Position numbers and translations under genes: made by a program. Below, one piece after another: positions 13,101 through 26,029 of a DNA stretch of 64,000 bases. Source of the stretch: Nymphaea colorata (lineage: Eukaryota); NCBI RefSeq assembly GCF_008831285.2, contig NC_045138.2, forward strand, positions 22,630,001-22,694,000, in the 5' to 3' direction. The notes below the pieces were generated by a model. The model did no database searches and had not been told where the DNA came from. It was given only the letters and a program-made list of their open reading frames with translations. Within the stretch, counting starts at the first letter, position 1. The number at the start of each line of letters is the position of its first letter.

Positions 13101-15295
13101 TTTTATAATCCATTCAGTAGGTCTTTCTTTGAAAAGGAAAAAGCTCATTTCTTTAAGGATATTGAGTTTGGGGGAGGTGATTAGGTTAAACACATTGCCT
13201 TTGAAGAGGGACCTGAGTCCACTCTATTCAGAAGAAGGCAATGATGTAGATCTTCCTACTGGAAAACAAACTCAACAACCTCAAGAAAATCAAACAGAGG
13301 TACCACTGAGAAGATCCACTAGAGAGAGGAGAAATACAATTTCAAATGATTTTGTCTATCTCCAAGAACATGATGTTGATATGGTCTTAATGGAGGATGA
13401 TCTTGTCAACCTCCAGTAAGCAATAAAGAGTTCTAAATCTCTTAAGTGGATAGATGCCATGAATGAGGAAATAAAGTCCATGATGGACAATGACGTATGA
13501 GATGTTGTTCCCTTGCCTGAAGGTGTGAAACCCATTGGTTGTAAATGGATATTTAAAACCAAGAGTGATTCATTAGGAAACATCGAAAGGTATAAGGTAC
13601 GTCTTGTTGCAAAGGACTTTACTCAAAAGGAAGGCATTGATTATACAGAGACTTTCTCTCCAGTTTCATCGAAAGACTCCTTCAGGACCATAATGGCACT
13701 TGTGGCTCATTTTGACTTAGAGCTGCATCAGATGGATGTTAAGACAGCGTTTGTAAATGGAGACATTGATGAAACGATATATATGGTGCAACCAAAAAAC
13801 TTTGCTTCAGGAAATGCAAAGAAAATGGTTTGCAAACTTAAGAAATCCATCTATGGGCTAAAGCAAGATTCCTGTCAATGGTATTACAAACTTCATCAAG
13901 TTATAGTTTCTTTTGGTTTCGAAACTAATATGATTGATGAATGTGTATACCAAAAGTTCAGTGGGGGCAAATTTATCTTTTTGGTTTTATATGTCATTAA
14001 TATATTGCTAGCAAGTAATAATGTAGGCATATTGCATGAAACTAAGATTTTTTGTCAAATGTAGGCATATTGCATGAAACTAAGATTTTTTGTCAACAAA
14101 GTTTGACATGAAGGATCTTGGCTGTGCATCTTTTGTATTGGAAATCCAAATATTTCGAGATCGTTCTTGGGGTATTTTTGGATTATCACAAAAGGCCTAC
14201 ATTGATAAGGTGCTTCAGCGATATGACATGAAGGATTGTAAACCAAGAGATACTCCAGTTGCTAAAAGAGATAAGTTTAGTCTCAAACAGTGCCCTAAAA
14301 GTGAAATCGAATCTAAGGAAATGGAAAGGATTCCCTATTTGTCTATTGTGGGAAGCCTTATGTATGCTCAGGTTTGTACTCATTTGGATATTGCATTTAT
14401 CATTGGAATGTTAGGCAGATACTTAAGTGATCCTGGTATGGATCATTGGGAAGCAGCCAAAATGGTATTGAGGTACTTACAAAGAACAAAAGGTTTTATG
14501 CTCACATACAGGAAGTCAAACCAGTGAGAGATCATTGGGTATTCAGATTCTGACTTTGCTGGGTGCCAAGATAATGACATTCAATTAGGTTTTGTGATTG
14601 CAGAATTTTGTCACGAGGCTGCGCATTATGTATGGTATAAAAAGACCACTAAGGGTGTTGTGTGACAATAATTCAGCAGTCATGTACTCTTATAACAGCC
14701 ACAGTATATCAAAGTCGAAGTACATCGACATTAAGTTTTTTGGGCTGTTAAAGAGGGGATACAGAATGGTCAGGTGTCTTTAGAGCATATTGGGACAAAC
14801 TCTATGATTGCGGATCCGCTTACCAAGGGTTTAACACATAAGGTCTTTCACGAACATGTTGTTCATATGGGGGTGTTATCCTTGGATGATGTGCTGGTTT
14901 AGTAGGAGTTTGTATTTTGTTTGCTCTAATGTATGGACACATATTCAGTTTTCTGCAGAATAAAGTTTAAAGTTCTTTGGTTCCATTCTGTGTTTAGGTT
15001 TTTATCTTCATAAGGTTTTAAAGTTGGACCAGTTGAGAATAGACATGTTGTAATCACATTGCATGTAATTCTCATGCTATACATCCATATCAGATTTATG
15101 TCATTGGTTATGTTAACATTTGTGATCATTGAAGGTTTAGCTAATTTTGATATCGCGAAAGCCGCTTTGGTTATATGTTGATATGATCATGGACGAGATT
15201 GGTGAAATGACATTTAATAAGATAGCAGTTATGAGCTCTTAAGGCTTTGTGTAATGTCTGAATGTATTAAGACATATTTGGCCCAAGTGGGAGAT

Positions 15296-15769
15296 TGTAA
15301 GATCATTTGGTGGGCTGGCATATGTCTATGAAGAATTTCAGACACTATGGCTGTCTTAATGTAAATATCCGCTTAAGTGATTGCATTTCGGGATATTACG
15401 TCATTTTAGATGGTATGGGGTAATTTTGAAATGTATAGATACCGGTACGGAATTACGGACTCTTTGATGGGTAGAATCCGTAATTGTCCTTATTATAAAA
15501 TGGTAGTGGTCCCTGGGGTCGTGCAAGGGTTGCCTGAAACATTGGTTTCTATGGTTTTCCTCTTCCCCATCTGAGAGAGACCTCAAGCGCGCCGCACGTA
15601 CCCTGGAAGACTCTGCTGCGATCTTCCTGTGCACCAGATCAGATGGATTCAGGTATGCTTCTGCTTCAGTTTAAGGTTTCGTTTATTTCAATGATTTAGC
15701 ATGAGCATGATCCTGTTTTAGGTATATACGTTTGGTTTTGTATATGCGTTATGGGGAGAAATCCCAATA
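15296..15769 (+). repeat. Copia 3' LTR
   Basis: TGTAAG...CCAATA, preceded by the PPT and followed by TSD ATTTA. Roughly 5% different from the 5' LTR by eye. Confidence 0.95.
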
Positions 15770-17424
15770 ATTTAGGGATACAAAACTGGTTGAATGAGCG
15801 CTACGAGTGAAGCCCCTTAACCATTTTTATTTAATTTTAAACTTTTTTAATTAAAGAAACTAATAAGCCAAAATTTGTTCTTGAGGCCTACACCTCAAGC
15901 ATGGAATGTGCCACAAATGGATGGAAGCATACGCCTCTACGAAATTGAGGCACACTCTTCAGGGATGTGTGCGCCTCACTGCCTTACCTCAAGGCGTTTT
16001 TTGTAGAAAACGCTTTCAGTAGTGTATTTTTAGTGTGAAGCGTATGCTTCTTTATTTTTGTTGTCGATTTCTTCAATGACGTTTTAGTGACATTATTTCT
16101 TCTGACATTTCTCTTCATATAATTAATGCAAACTTAAGCTTTTACTAACATTTATTGTGCGTAAGTAAATGGCATGTCATTGTGGTGACTAGTATATGAT
16201 GAATATGAAGAGATGAGACAATGACATTAATGGTATTTCTGGATGCTAAGAAGATGGGAGATTTAGATGAAATAAGACCAATTTTGAGCTCTTGTTTATG
16301 GGGAAAAATTACTTTGGAAGTGGTCCAAAACAACAATCCATCTTAGGTTGGGTTTAGAGGCAAAACGTAGGGTTTGCAACTACAAATGAATGAATTGGGG
16401 TACCGAACATTAGTCTACTATGTAATAGTGAAGGAGAGCAGAATTTCTCTATATCTTATTGATTATGCAGAAACTTACACATAAATTGGGTAACATCTTA
16501 TTTAGTAAAAGATCAAAAATCAACAACTGCAAACAAGATTCTATTCAAAGTAAAAATCTGGTGACTGACTTTTCTTCAGAAGACAATGTACACCCTATTA
16601 TGAAAAGTTTAGTGTTGTATTAAAGAATGTTAGGGACTTTTCAGGACTTATGAATGATGAGGTTGTCTAAATAATGGATTGTCCTAATTTTTACCTTTTT
16701 ATGAGGTTAACTAAAACTGTTAGAAAGCGTGTTAGGATCCATCAAACTAGAGTTTGAACCCGATCTCTAAATGTATCAAGTTATTACTGTGGTATTAAAA
16801 GTACAATTCAACTCTTGAACATAGGTTTCTATACATTCAGATACATGTGCTTTAGGGGGTGAACTATAATACCATTTTATTGGAAGTTCATTCTCATATT
16901 AAAGATTGTGAGACATCTCAAGGATTCATAAAGAGAGTTGTTTAAGTGTTAGATTCTCATGATTCCTAGTCATTTCAAGGTTAGAACTAAAGTTGCTAAG
17001 AAGGGCATTGAGATCTGTCAAATAAGGGCCTAAGTCAGGTGTGGGAGTGGGTTGAATTTGTTACATGCACAGATTTTGGTTTTCATGTACTAAGTTGTAC
17101 ATGATAAGCTACTAAGTTGTACATGATAAGCACCATAGAAATTTGATGTAAGGCTAGAATGCAAATTAAAACTTGATAGAGGGTATTAGAGATGATTGTG
17201 CTTAAGATTCAAGTCTAAAGTTATGATCCATATTCTTATCATCCAAGTTTATTACATTACTATATAATATTCAATATTGTCCCTTAACTTTTATAATTAT
17301 GGTTACTTCTTTAAAATTGAAGAGTATTTTTTGTTTAAACGGACTTACCACATACTCCATTTTTTGAATAAAAGGTGAAATCAGTAAAGACTTTAAATCT
17401 TCTTCTTGTTGTTGTTGTTTTTCT

Positions 17425-17432
17425 TCACATCT

Positions 17433-17474
<42 letters not shown>
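17425..17474. repeat. Compound microsatellite (TG)n(AG)n
   Basis: Directly visible dinucleotide runs. Confidence 0.9.
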
Positions 17475-17475
<1 letters not shown>

Positions 17476-18890
17476 ACAAACTTGTAGAAAGAAGAGAAAC
17501 CAACTATGGTGATACAGCTCCTACAAGTACATACCACTAGCAGCTTTATTTTTCTCAAAATAAAAGAGAAAGGAGTTAGGAAGCATGAATATCTAACAAG
17601 CCCTTATTTGGCAGTTCTTATAAAATGTGAGGCTCTTAAGATCAAAGCCAAAACAAGTGAGCCCTCACAGAAGTTATGAGCAAAAGTAGGGCCATAGTGA
17701 AAAAATTTTAAGTCAATTTTTCAAATTTTTACAATAAAATCCATATCCTTCTATATTTCAGTTAAAAACCTAGAGATTTTTGCTCTTCAATACGTTTATT
17801 CTTTCAAGAAAAATGCAAAGTTAACAATTGATTTGTCTTTTATTTTATAGATTATGAGATATATCTATACATTAGAAAAATATCGTCACCCATAGAAGTC
17901 TAACCTTACCTTTACCGTAAATGATAGGGCGAACCTCGCTTCCTTTTGGAAGGTAAGGGTCCAAGATAAAAAGGGTCGGCCCTCGGCAGATGACGACTCA
18001 GATTTTTTCTTATTTTCTATAATGATTTTTTGAAAAATGATATATATATTCAAAGAGGAGATTGTTGGAGAATTTAATGGAAAAAGTTGGGCAGTTGATG
18101 TTGGCCCATTTGTTGGCCATTAATTAATTTTTTCCGGCGAGCCCATTGGTATTGTTTTTTTTTCAACCAAATGAAATTAAAGGGGGCGTTTGAACGACAT
18201 TCCAGTATAGTTTTTTATGTGTTTGGATGATAGTAAAATTGGATTTGAAAAGGAGAAAACCTGACCTTTCAAGGTATTCAGGAACGAAAAAGAAAAAGTT
18301 TAAACAGGTTTTCAAAGCTCATTTAAAAACTATGTAGTTGTTTTAAGGAACGTAACATCATTGAGTGGCAATATGGCTTATATTGAAGAGATTCTAGGTC
18401 TAAATCCCATGATCATTTATGATATTGAAGAGATTCTAGGTCTAAATCCCATGATCATTTATGCTATGGTGCATTATCCTGATGTATTATTCTTTGTATT
18501 ATTCTTCTGTACAATACAATAAGTCCACGAGCAGAGTCCGAAACTTGAACTCCTAATTAAAATTAGAAATGTTTTTAATATAAAATAAAAAATTTAAAAT
18601 AAAATATATTTTTAATAATAAAATATACGATATAATATACCGTCGGGTACCCGAACTCTATGCCTATTTTGGCTGGTTTAACAGTAATTTTGAAACCTTT
18701 GTGGCGAAGCAGCTGCAGCCCATCCAGTTTTTTAAAATGTCACCACTAGTCCTACCCAGAGTCCAAAGCGCGTATGTCTAATCCAAGTGGCGGACTTCCT
18801 TGACGGCCAAGGAAATTAAACCTTCCGCCCCTGAACGCTTCTGCCCTGTTTCTTTTTCAGAGCTCGAGGGAGAGGTAGGCTCTGGCGACG

Positions 18891-20934
18891 ATGGACGAAG
18901 GGGATGATGCCGATTTGCTTGCTCTGCTTCAGTCGCTGGTTGATCCTCCCGATTGCCCTCCCATGTCTTCCGTCCCCTCTGTCGGGTTTCTGGTCGATCC
19001 TCCAGATTGCCCCTCCATGTTTTCCGTCCCCTCTTTCGGGTTCCAGCAAGAATGTACCCTGACAGAAGCATGTTGGGCCGAAACTGTGGGCAGTAATTCA
19101 GTAATCGGGACCGGAACCCCACCGGAAAGGGCGGTATTGAGCTACTATTTGTCGGATGAGACCGGTGGAGAGGTTTGGATGGGTTTTAACCCTAGCTACA
19201 ACGGCGAATCGTCCAACGGAAGGATTCCCGTAGATTCATCGCCGATCGACGGCGATGAACGGCTTCCCTCAAGGTTCGCTGATCCTCAACTTGGTGCGGT
19301 AGATGGCTTCGTCGCGGGGGAGGTCGACGAAAAGAAGGAGAATCGGGAAGCCGCTGAGGATCTCGTTGTGGGATCGCTGCGCCTTCCTCCCGATGATCCG
19401 CCAAGTTCTTCACCGTGGCCCGACCTCGAAGTTGTTGATCTGTTCGTGGATCCACCGGAGAAAGGAACTAAATGCGTCTTACCTGCGAAGGACGAAGGCG
19501 ATTCGGATTATTTGATTAAGAAACGCAAAAGGTATATAGATGTTTTTAATCGTATTTGGCAGAGTCGTTTAGAACTGTATGTTTGATCTTGTTAACATGG
19601 ATTCGTTATTATGTTTGCTTTTGAGAATTTATGGGGATCTTTGAAGTGAATTTACGAATGACCCGATCCTGTACACTTTGCATGTTGCAGAGCACACAGA
19701 AATATTTAGAAGCAACAAAGCGACAATAGGGTTCATGGAGGAATTTTTGGGAAAAAAAAATTACGTCAAATCATGTAAAAATAAAGTTCTTAAAGCTAAA
19801 CATGGTATAGTGTTGCTTTGGAGGATTTTTGGGGGAAAAAAATTATGTCAAATCATGTAAAAAATGAAAGTTCTTAAAGCTAAACATAGTATAGTGTAGC
19901 TTTCCTCTCCCATTATCCTGTTTCTTCACATCTTGTGAATCAAATTTTGAAAACTCTCTCCTTTCTGCGTTGCGTGGCTATTTTCTTTCAACAAATGGGG
20001 TATTTCTGCAATTCTTATTTCAGGTACAGACCAGTCATGTTCCTGCTGCTATCAGAGGAATTATGAGAAGTGTTTCTTTCATTTGATTTCCGTATCTCTC
20101 ATAATACCTTGATGCCAATTTCTACGGTAATGATTTACAGAGGAAGGGATGATAAAACAATGTTTTATACAGCCCAAATTTTTTATTGTACCCACCGTCT
20201 GAATTGCATCGTGATAAGCTACTCTGTAACTGTCTTGAAAGGAGAAACAATTTTTCCATCCGCTGCAAAAGTACGAGGTCGCGGTTCTCTATTCGGGGAT
20301 TGTATTTGTTTTCTTTCAGGCAGATGAGGAACAGAGACTCGGCGTTGCGGTCAAGGGAGAGGAAGAAGACGTACGTCAAGGATCTGGAAATGAAGAGCCG
20401 GTTCCTCGAGTTCGAGTGCCGGAGGCTCCAGCAGGCGCTTGCGCTTTGCTGCGCGGAGAACCATGCCCTCCGTGTTCGCGCCTTCAGCTTGGAAGCCTCC
20501 ACGGCCAGACAGGAGTCTGCTGTACTCCGTACGGGTAAATATGCCAAATGATTCTTCCGCAGTTCGTCACATAGAGCATTCCCTTGACCATGGTTTTTGT
20601 CTTCTTCTTTATGGCCCTCTCAGAATCCCTGCCGTTGGATTCCCTGCTCTGGCTCGTGGCGCTCGTCTGGAGGGTGTTTCTTCCCCTGAACGCCCGATCC
20701 TCCGAGGAGGGAGGCGTCGGCGTGGAAGAAGGGAAAAGGAGAACATCGGCTCCCGTTGCCCCGACAAAACGGGTGATAAATGAACGACTGTTCGGATCTA
20801 GGTTGGTGCTTCTCAGGCGCCGTTGCAGAGCCGCGAGGAAGAAGATGAAAGGGTTCAGAGACTTCGCCGTCCGGCAGTGTATCCTTGGGCTTGGCTTTTT
20901 CTTAGCAGCTTTTGTTTCCTTCTGTTTCTTTTGA
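18891..20934 (+). CDS. bZIP60: ER-stress bZIP transcription factor bZIP60 (IRE1 substrate; OsbZIP50/74-like)
   Basis: Exons 18891-19531, 20320-20534 and 20624-20934 (GT-AG). Basic/zipper region KKRKRQMRNRDSALRSRERKKTYVKDLEMKSRFLEFECRRLQ, then the bZIP60 signature QESAVLRT-ESLPLDSLLWLV (transmembrane segment) and C-terminal RRRCRAARKKMK. Confidence 0.93.
20512..20643 (+). promoter_or_regulatory. IRE1 unconventional splice element (twin stem-loops, 23-nt intron in mature mRNA)
   Basis: Hairpin 1 is GGAGT-CTGCTGT-ACTCC. Hairpin 2, after removal of intron 20535-20623, is GGAATCC-CTGCCGTT-GGATTCC. Both loops carry CxGxxG. The predicted excised segment is 20520-20534 plus 20624-20631 (23 nt). Confidence 0.9.
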
Positions 20935-22739
20935 TGTTGATGGAAGTTTATTTTGAGAATAAAACAAAAGGGTAGATAATCAATTGCTCCTTATCGTTAA
21001 GGATATCGTAGTTGTAAAGTTTTGCACCCATATGTTGCCCTTTGTCGTGTAATATAATCCCCATTTACTTACGGTGATCGGGAAGGTTTAAAAAAAAAAA
21101 AAACTTCGTTTCGTTTCTGCTGCACAATTAGCACTTGGTAGTTGGATAGACGCCTTTGATGAAATAGATGACACCTTTGATGGAAATACATGAAACGGAT
21201 GGAAGTGGGACTTGACATGGCGAAGGTTAACCCTTTGTTTACACCAATGGTCATACCAGTTTGGTTTACCAGTTCACCCATGCTGTTGCTTAGCAAGATG
21301 AAATACAAAGAAAGCAAAGTTTTAGTTCCTTTGAACCTACGTTCGATCTCTCTCTCCATCTATCTTTTCAAAGAAAGAGGTTCTCTTCATCATTTACAGG
21401 GAGATTCCAATTCAGTTGATTGGATTTACATGTTTTGCATATATACTGGATTTGCAATTTGTGTACATACGATTGAGAAAAATTGTTTTCAAATTTGGTA
21501 GCTGATTGTTCATGCTTCACTTTGTGCTTTATTTTTACGGTTGTAACTTGTTTGGATTCCCATTTTGGTACACACCTTTATCAGCTGGTCTGTGCTTTCA
21601 CTTTACTAATGTTTTTCAATTTTTGCCACAAAAAAATGTGTTGGTTCTTTGCCCTTAACCTCATTTAGCTGATCACTTGTTTGCGTGCCTTCCATGTCTT
21701 GAACAAATCTGGTTTCATTGATTCTTCCAAACACCCTCTCTTAAGTTCAATGGTCTTATAATTACGTTAAACTTGCAACATACCTATTTCATTCAACAGA
21801 TCTTCAAGTTGATCTCGGTGGAGTTGTACTTGATGATCAACTCTTAGCAAGTTTATCTCTTAAAAAATGAAAATCAGCAGGTTTGGTTTTGTTGTCAAAA
21901 ACTGAGTTGGGGCTCAAGCAAGCAGCTCGTTTATTGTTACACCAAAGGTAGGCACATGAGTTAAGTCAAACATGAGCGTTTTCATCAAATGTTCCATCCA
22001 AGTTATCTGAGCAACAACATTGGCCAAGTCTTTGTATTCTACTTTCTGTTGGATGTAGATAAACAATGTGTGTTTTTTGGCTCAAGGGTATGATATTTGA
22101 AAGAAGAAGATTGCGTATCTTCTTGTGAGCTCCCCCCCACGCCCCGCTTCTAAATTTTCTGCGATCTGTATTTTTCTAAGCATAAATGTTAATACTGGAC
22201 TCTTTTAAATGACAAATTCATAGTTTATTTTGCCCTTGAGATTTATACATATATTCACAAACCCTACGGACTATAAGGTAGGGTTTAGATGCAATGTAAA
22301 AAAATGTAGGGTGAAACAAAGAAAACATAGGAAGTTTCCTTGGTAATTTTAATGGGAATTTTTTTCGAATGATGAAAAGTGCACCTTGTTTCGATTCATT
22401 TTCTTTTTCAACCTAAAAGAAAAACTTTCATCTTGTTTAGATTTGAGGGTGAGATTATGAAGTTCTCCACGTTTAATGAAACTTTTGAATTATCTCACGA
22501 TTCGGAATTTCCATTTCCAAAATTCAATCTTCCGTGCTCCACCTCAGGTTGGTGAATGCAAAATGCATGTGCTGAGTTTGTCAATCATACGTTGAAAGTT
22601 TGTCCTATCTAAAAGCCTTTGTGCAATGATCAGCAATTTGACCGTTGCTTCATGTCGAATTTGCGTGGATCAGATATTGGAATATTGTATTCATGAACTA
22701 ACAGTCAATATGAATATGTTTGGTTTGTTTGTGAATAAA

Positions 22740-23450
22740 TAAAAAAATGTTTTAATGTATAATGCGGCTCGACTGTGATAGTATGAGTGGCTGGAGATTA
22801 GTATTGAACACCTAGATACTTTGGTAACAAAATTTAATTACTGAGCTTTGTATTTTCCATGAGGTATTCAAATTCCACTTAGGATTTTGAGACTGTCACT
22901 TTTTTTTGTGTTATTGTATTGGATTTAAGCCAAGGAAAACACAATATGTTAACGACATATTTTGGGACATGCTGCCCGATTAGAGTCGCAAAATGCAGTT
23001 AGGCGAATATTTGATTTGCCTCAAAATAAGATGACTTGACCAAGGTTTACTTTGAGATAGAACTACTCGAAGGTAGCATGAAGAAGCAGATATGGTTGTT
23101 GAGGTTGTTGCATGAATTTGAGAAGATTGCTGCAAACCGAATATCCAATTTTGCTTTGTTGGGATAGAATAATATATTCTTACAAGTCATCTGCACGGGA
23201 AATGGTTCAATAGAACTTCTCCATCGCTAAAGCTCATGCCATTGCTCCAATGGAAAATCCACAGTTTTCGATTCAAACAATCCCCATTCATGTAAATTCC
23301 TTCAGTTGAATGAGCTACCTTAAGACGGACGCAAAAAGGTTTTAATGGTCCAAAGTCTTTCATTTGAAAATCACGAGAAAGGTAGACTTTAAATTTTTCA
23401 ATGATGTCCTTCTGAATGTCATCTATATATACCAAGGCAACAGCAATAGA
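22740..23450 (-). mobile_element. Degenerate Copia RT/RNase H fragment
   Basis: Minus-strand peptides VYIDDI, FQMKDFGPLK, LTAFCDSNRAACP and VTVSK..EFEY match Copia RT-RNase H motifs. Frameshifted. Confidence 0.75.
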
Positions 23451-26029
23451 TCACCGGGGGGGAAAAGCGAATAGTAAATAATCACCTTTCCATTTGACAA
23501 ATCCAAAATTTTGAAGATTGAAGGTTGATCTTTCGTTGCCAATCACTTGGCTTCGGATCATTGTTGGGTTCAATCCCCTCCATTTGGAGGATCCATATGG
23601 AATGCGACCAAAAGAAAAAAAGAAATAAGGAGAAGTATCACGGGTCACCTGCACTTGAATTAGTAGCTTTTGAAAAGGATCTATTGCCAAAATTTGTGGA
23701 CTAAAATTGAATTATAAAAGAATCGTTTAAAACTTTAAAGAACAGGGAGGCCCAACCGTTTTGTGCGTGCTTGGCTTGGGGGCGCTTCTTCTTGCTTTAT
23801 ACTGTTCTTCTTTGAGGGATGAACAGACTTGTTCTCCTATCACATTGAAGCCGTTGGAGAGATTAAAAGAGATAGAAAGTGAGATTAAGAGAAGAAAAAA
23901 TTTTCTTATTTAGGGCTTTTCTTTGTTTTTTGTAAAGATTGAGATAAAAGAAAGGAGGCATTTGTTGTGGGAAGGTGGTCATTGCTTAGGTTCTATTTTA
24001 GTGATTGTTGGGCTTTTGGATGTGTTGACATTGTGTATGTCTCCTTTGTAACCATTCTTACACTGCACTGTGAATTATGGTTGGGTACCCGATTCGTGAT
24101 GGGATGGACTTGGGCTTGATACCTGGCCAGCCAGATAAAAAAAAAAAATTGTCGGTTTGGGGCTCCACTCAGCCTGATATATATGTTCAAAAACTCTTTC
24201 TCTCTCTATGAACTTGACCTGCATCTTTGTTAGTCCTTAGGCTCATGAGTCATGCATACCCTCCTATATATATATATATACATGCATATATAGTGATAGG
24301 TCATTAATTGAAAATGTTTGCACCACACGAGCTTTTCAGCTTCAAGGCAAACACCTGAATTGCCGACCAAGATGGGGCTGACACCGGAGAGACAAAGATG
24401 ACACAAGCCAGAAAACCTTGTGGTGCACCATATGCAATCAAGAGTTTTCCACCCGCAGTTCTTTCAGCCACTATGTTTCTGTCCGCACTGGATTGATGTT
24501 GTCACTGTGCGCTTCAGCTCATCAATCTCCGGCGATGACCTCCCATCCATAAGCCCCTTATAGGAAGCGATTTCCTAAAGTGAGGCTGTTGTTTTGACCT
24601 GCATTTGCCCTTAAGCTTTTCCTGGCGCAATTCTATCCACCAAGAAGTTCATCAGATTCAGCGACCAAAAACTTCGATTCTTGACACCAGCAGGACCTAC
24701 TAGTGGGGTGGCCATGCTCCTACTCAGCCACCGAATGCCAAAGCTCGTATTCCTGATGTAAACAACCTTCTAACCACCCAAGAATCCACAAGGCTGAGGG
24801 CCTGCTATACCTTGAGGTTGAGTGTTCAATCTCTGACTCTGCCGTCAATTGTTGAAATGCCAGATGCGAAGATCTTGATCTAAACATGTTACTAAGGCAG
24901 GCAACCGCTCAAAAACCCACAAGGCCAACGGAGAACTACCAGCCTTACAGGTGGGGGGTCATGATCTTGATCAGTGATCTTGCTGCCTTTTTTTCTTTCT
25001 TTCGCAAATTTGATCCTATGATTGTAATACAATTTACATTGTTAAAGGTTTTGTAATATGATGACCAACCAGCTAAAGCATTGATGTTTTTATGTATGGT
25101 CCAAATCCATTATTTTTTCTTTTTTTAATCTTATCCAAGGAAGAAACCATTTTGTTTTACAAATATGCGTTAAGCTTAAGTAGCTCGTTGATTTTGTGAT
25201 CGAGGCTTGCAACTTTATAACAACTGCTGCAACACAGCCAACACCTATAAATGATATATTTAACCATTGTCAAATGTAGTTACTTCTGATAGCTCATGGC
25301 CCATTCACTATAGATGAATATTCAAGATAATAAGTAAATAAAATATAAGAAATATTGGAACTAAGATTCCTTTCTTTTTCTGTCATTTCATAAAAAATAA
25401 TAATATGATTCAAACTGAATCTTGACAGTATTGAGACTTTCCAGATCATGTGGTTGGGTTGATCAGTCTTTGGCCATGACCTCCTAATAACATGGGCTCG
25501 TAGGAAGTCATTTCAGACACCGCACAAAGAGAAAGCGATGGGCTACGGACTTCACCTACGTCTTGCTCAGCCCTTACTCTCATCGAGCATGTCCATATAT
25601 ATATATTCCAACTTTACAGCGAACACTTGAATTGCTGACCGAGATGGGGCAGATGTCGACGCTGACAAAGACGGCACAATCCAGAAATGCTTGTGGTGCA
25701 CTATGTGTGGTCAAAAGTTTTCCACTCGCAATGCTATCAGCTGTCACGATTCTATCCATAGTGCGCTTCACCTCACCGATCTCCGACAATGGACTGCATC
25801 GACGAGCCCCTTGTAGAAAGTGATTTCCTGGAGTACTGCACAAAGCTAAAGTGGAAGCCTGAGGGCTTGACCTGCATCTCGGTCAGCCCTCAAAGGCCAG
25901 TCATACTAAATGGCACGAATAGTAAGTCCTGTCCAACACACTTTTGTTTTGGCAATCCGACTACTAGTGCTATTTTCCCATTTGTTTGATAACTTTAAGA
26001 ATAAAACATGAAGTCTTTCAGTCTTCTCT

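Larger units (their letters stand above)
9700..15769 (+). mobile_element. Ty1/Copia LTR retrotransposon, both LTRs present, internally deleted and decayed
   Basis: LTRs at 9700-10165 and 15296-15769. TSD ATTTA at 9695-9699 and 15770-15774. PBS TGGTATCAGAGCC at 10168 and PPT AAGTGGGAGAT at ~15285. Gag zinc knuckle CFFCKGKGHIKNDC, protease WVDSGATTH, RT motifs (GIDYTETFSPV, LHQMDVKTAF, LKKSIYGLKQ) and RNase H (SKYIDIKF, MIADPLTKGL). Many stops, and a 38-bp tandem duplication at 14021-14096. Confidence 0.95.
8312..16094. mobile_element. Putative old non-autonomous hAT-like element hosting the Copia insertion
   Basis: Left end CAATGTCCTAAAAGGCG and right end CGTTTTAGTGACATT form an imperfect TIR. 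The flanks ATTTCTTT and ATTTCTTC match at 7 of 8 bases as a TSD. AGGCG/CGCCT subterminal motifs occur at 8320-8345 and 15880-16000. Confidence 0.4.

Noticed and set aside
16200..17250. Possible very old Copia RT remnant
   Set aside because: Only a faint IDYAETY-like motif, too degenerate to support.
18381..18464. 42-bp tandem duplication, and similar short duplications at ~3870-4060, 17088-17131 and 40168-40231
   Set aside because: Ordinary local slippage duplications with no further structure.
18480..18890. UPR cis-elements in the bZIP60 promoter
   Set aside because: No exact ERSE or UPRE consensus found by eye.
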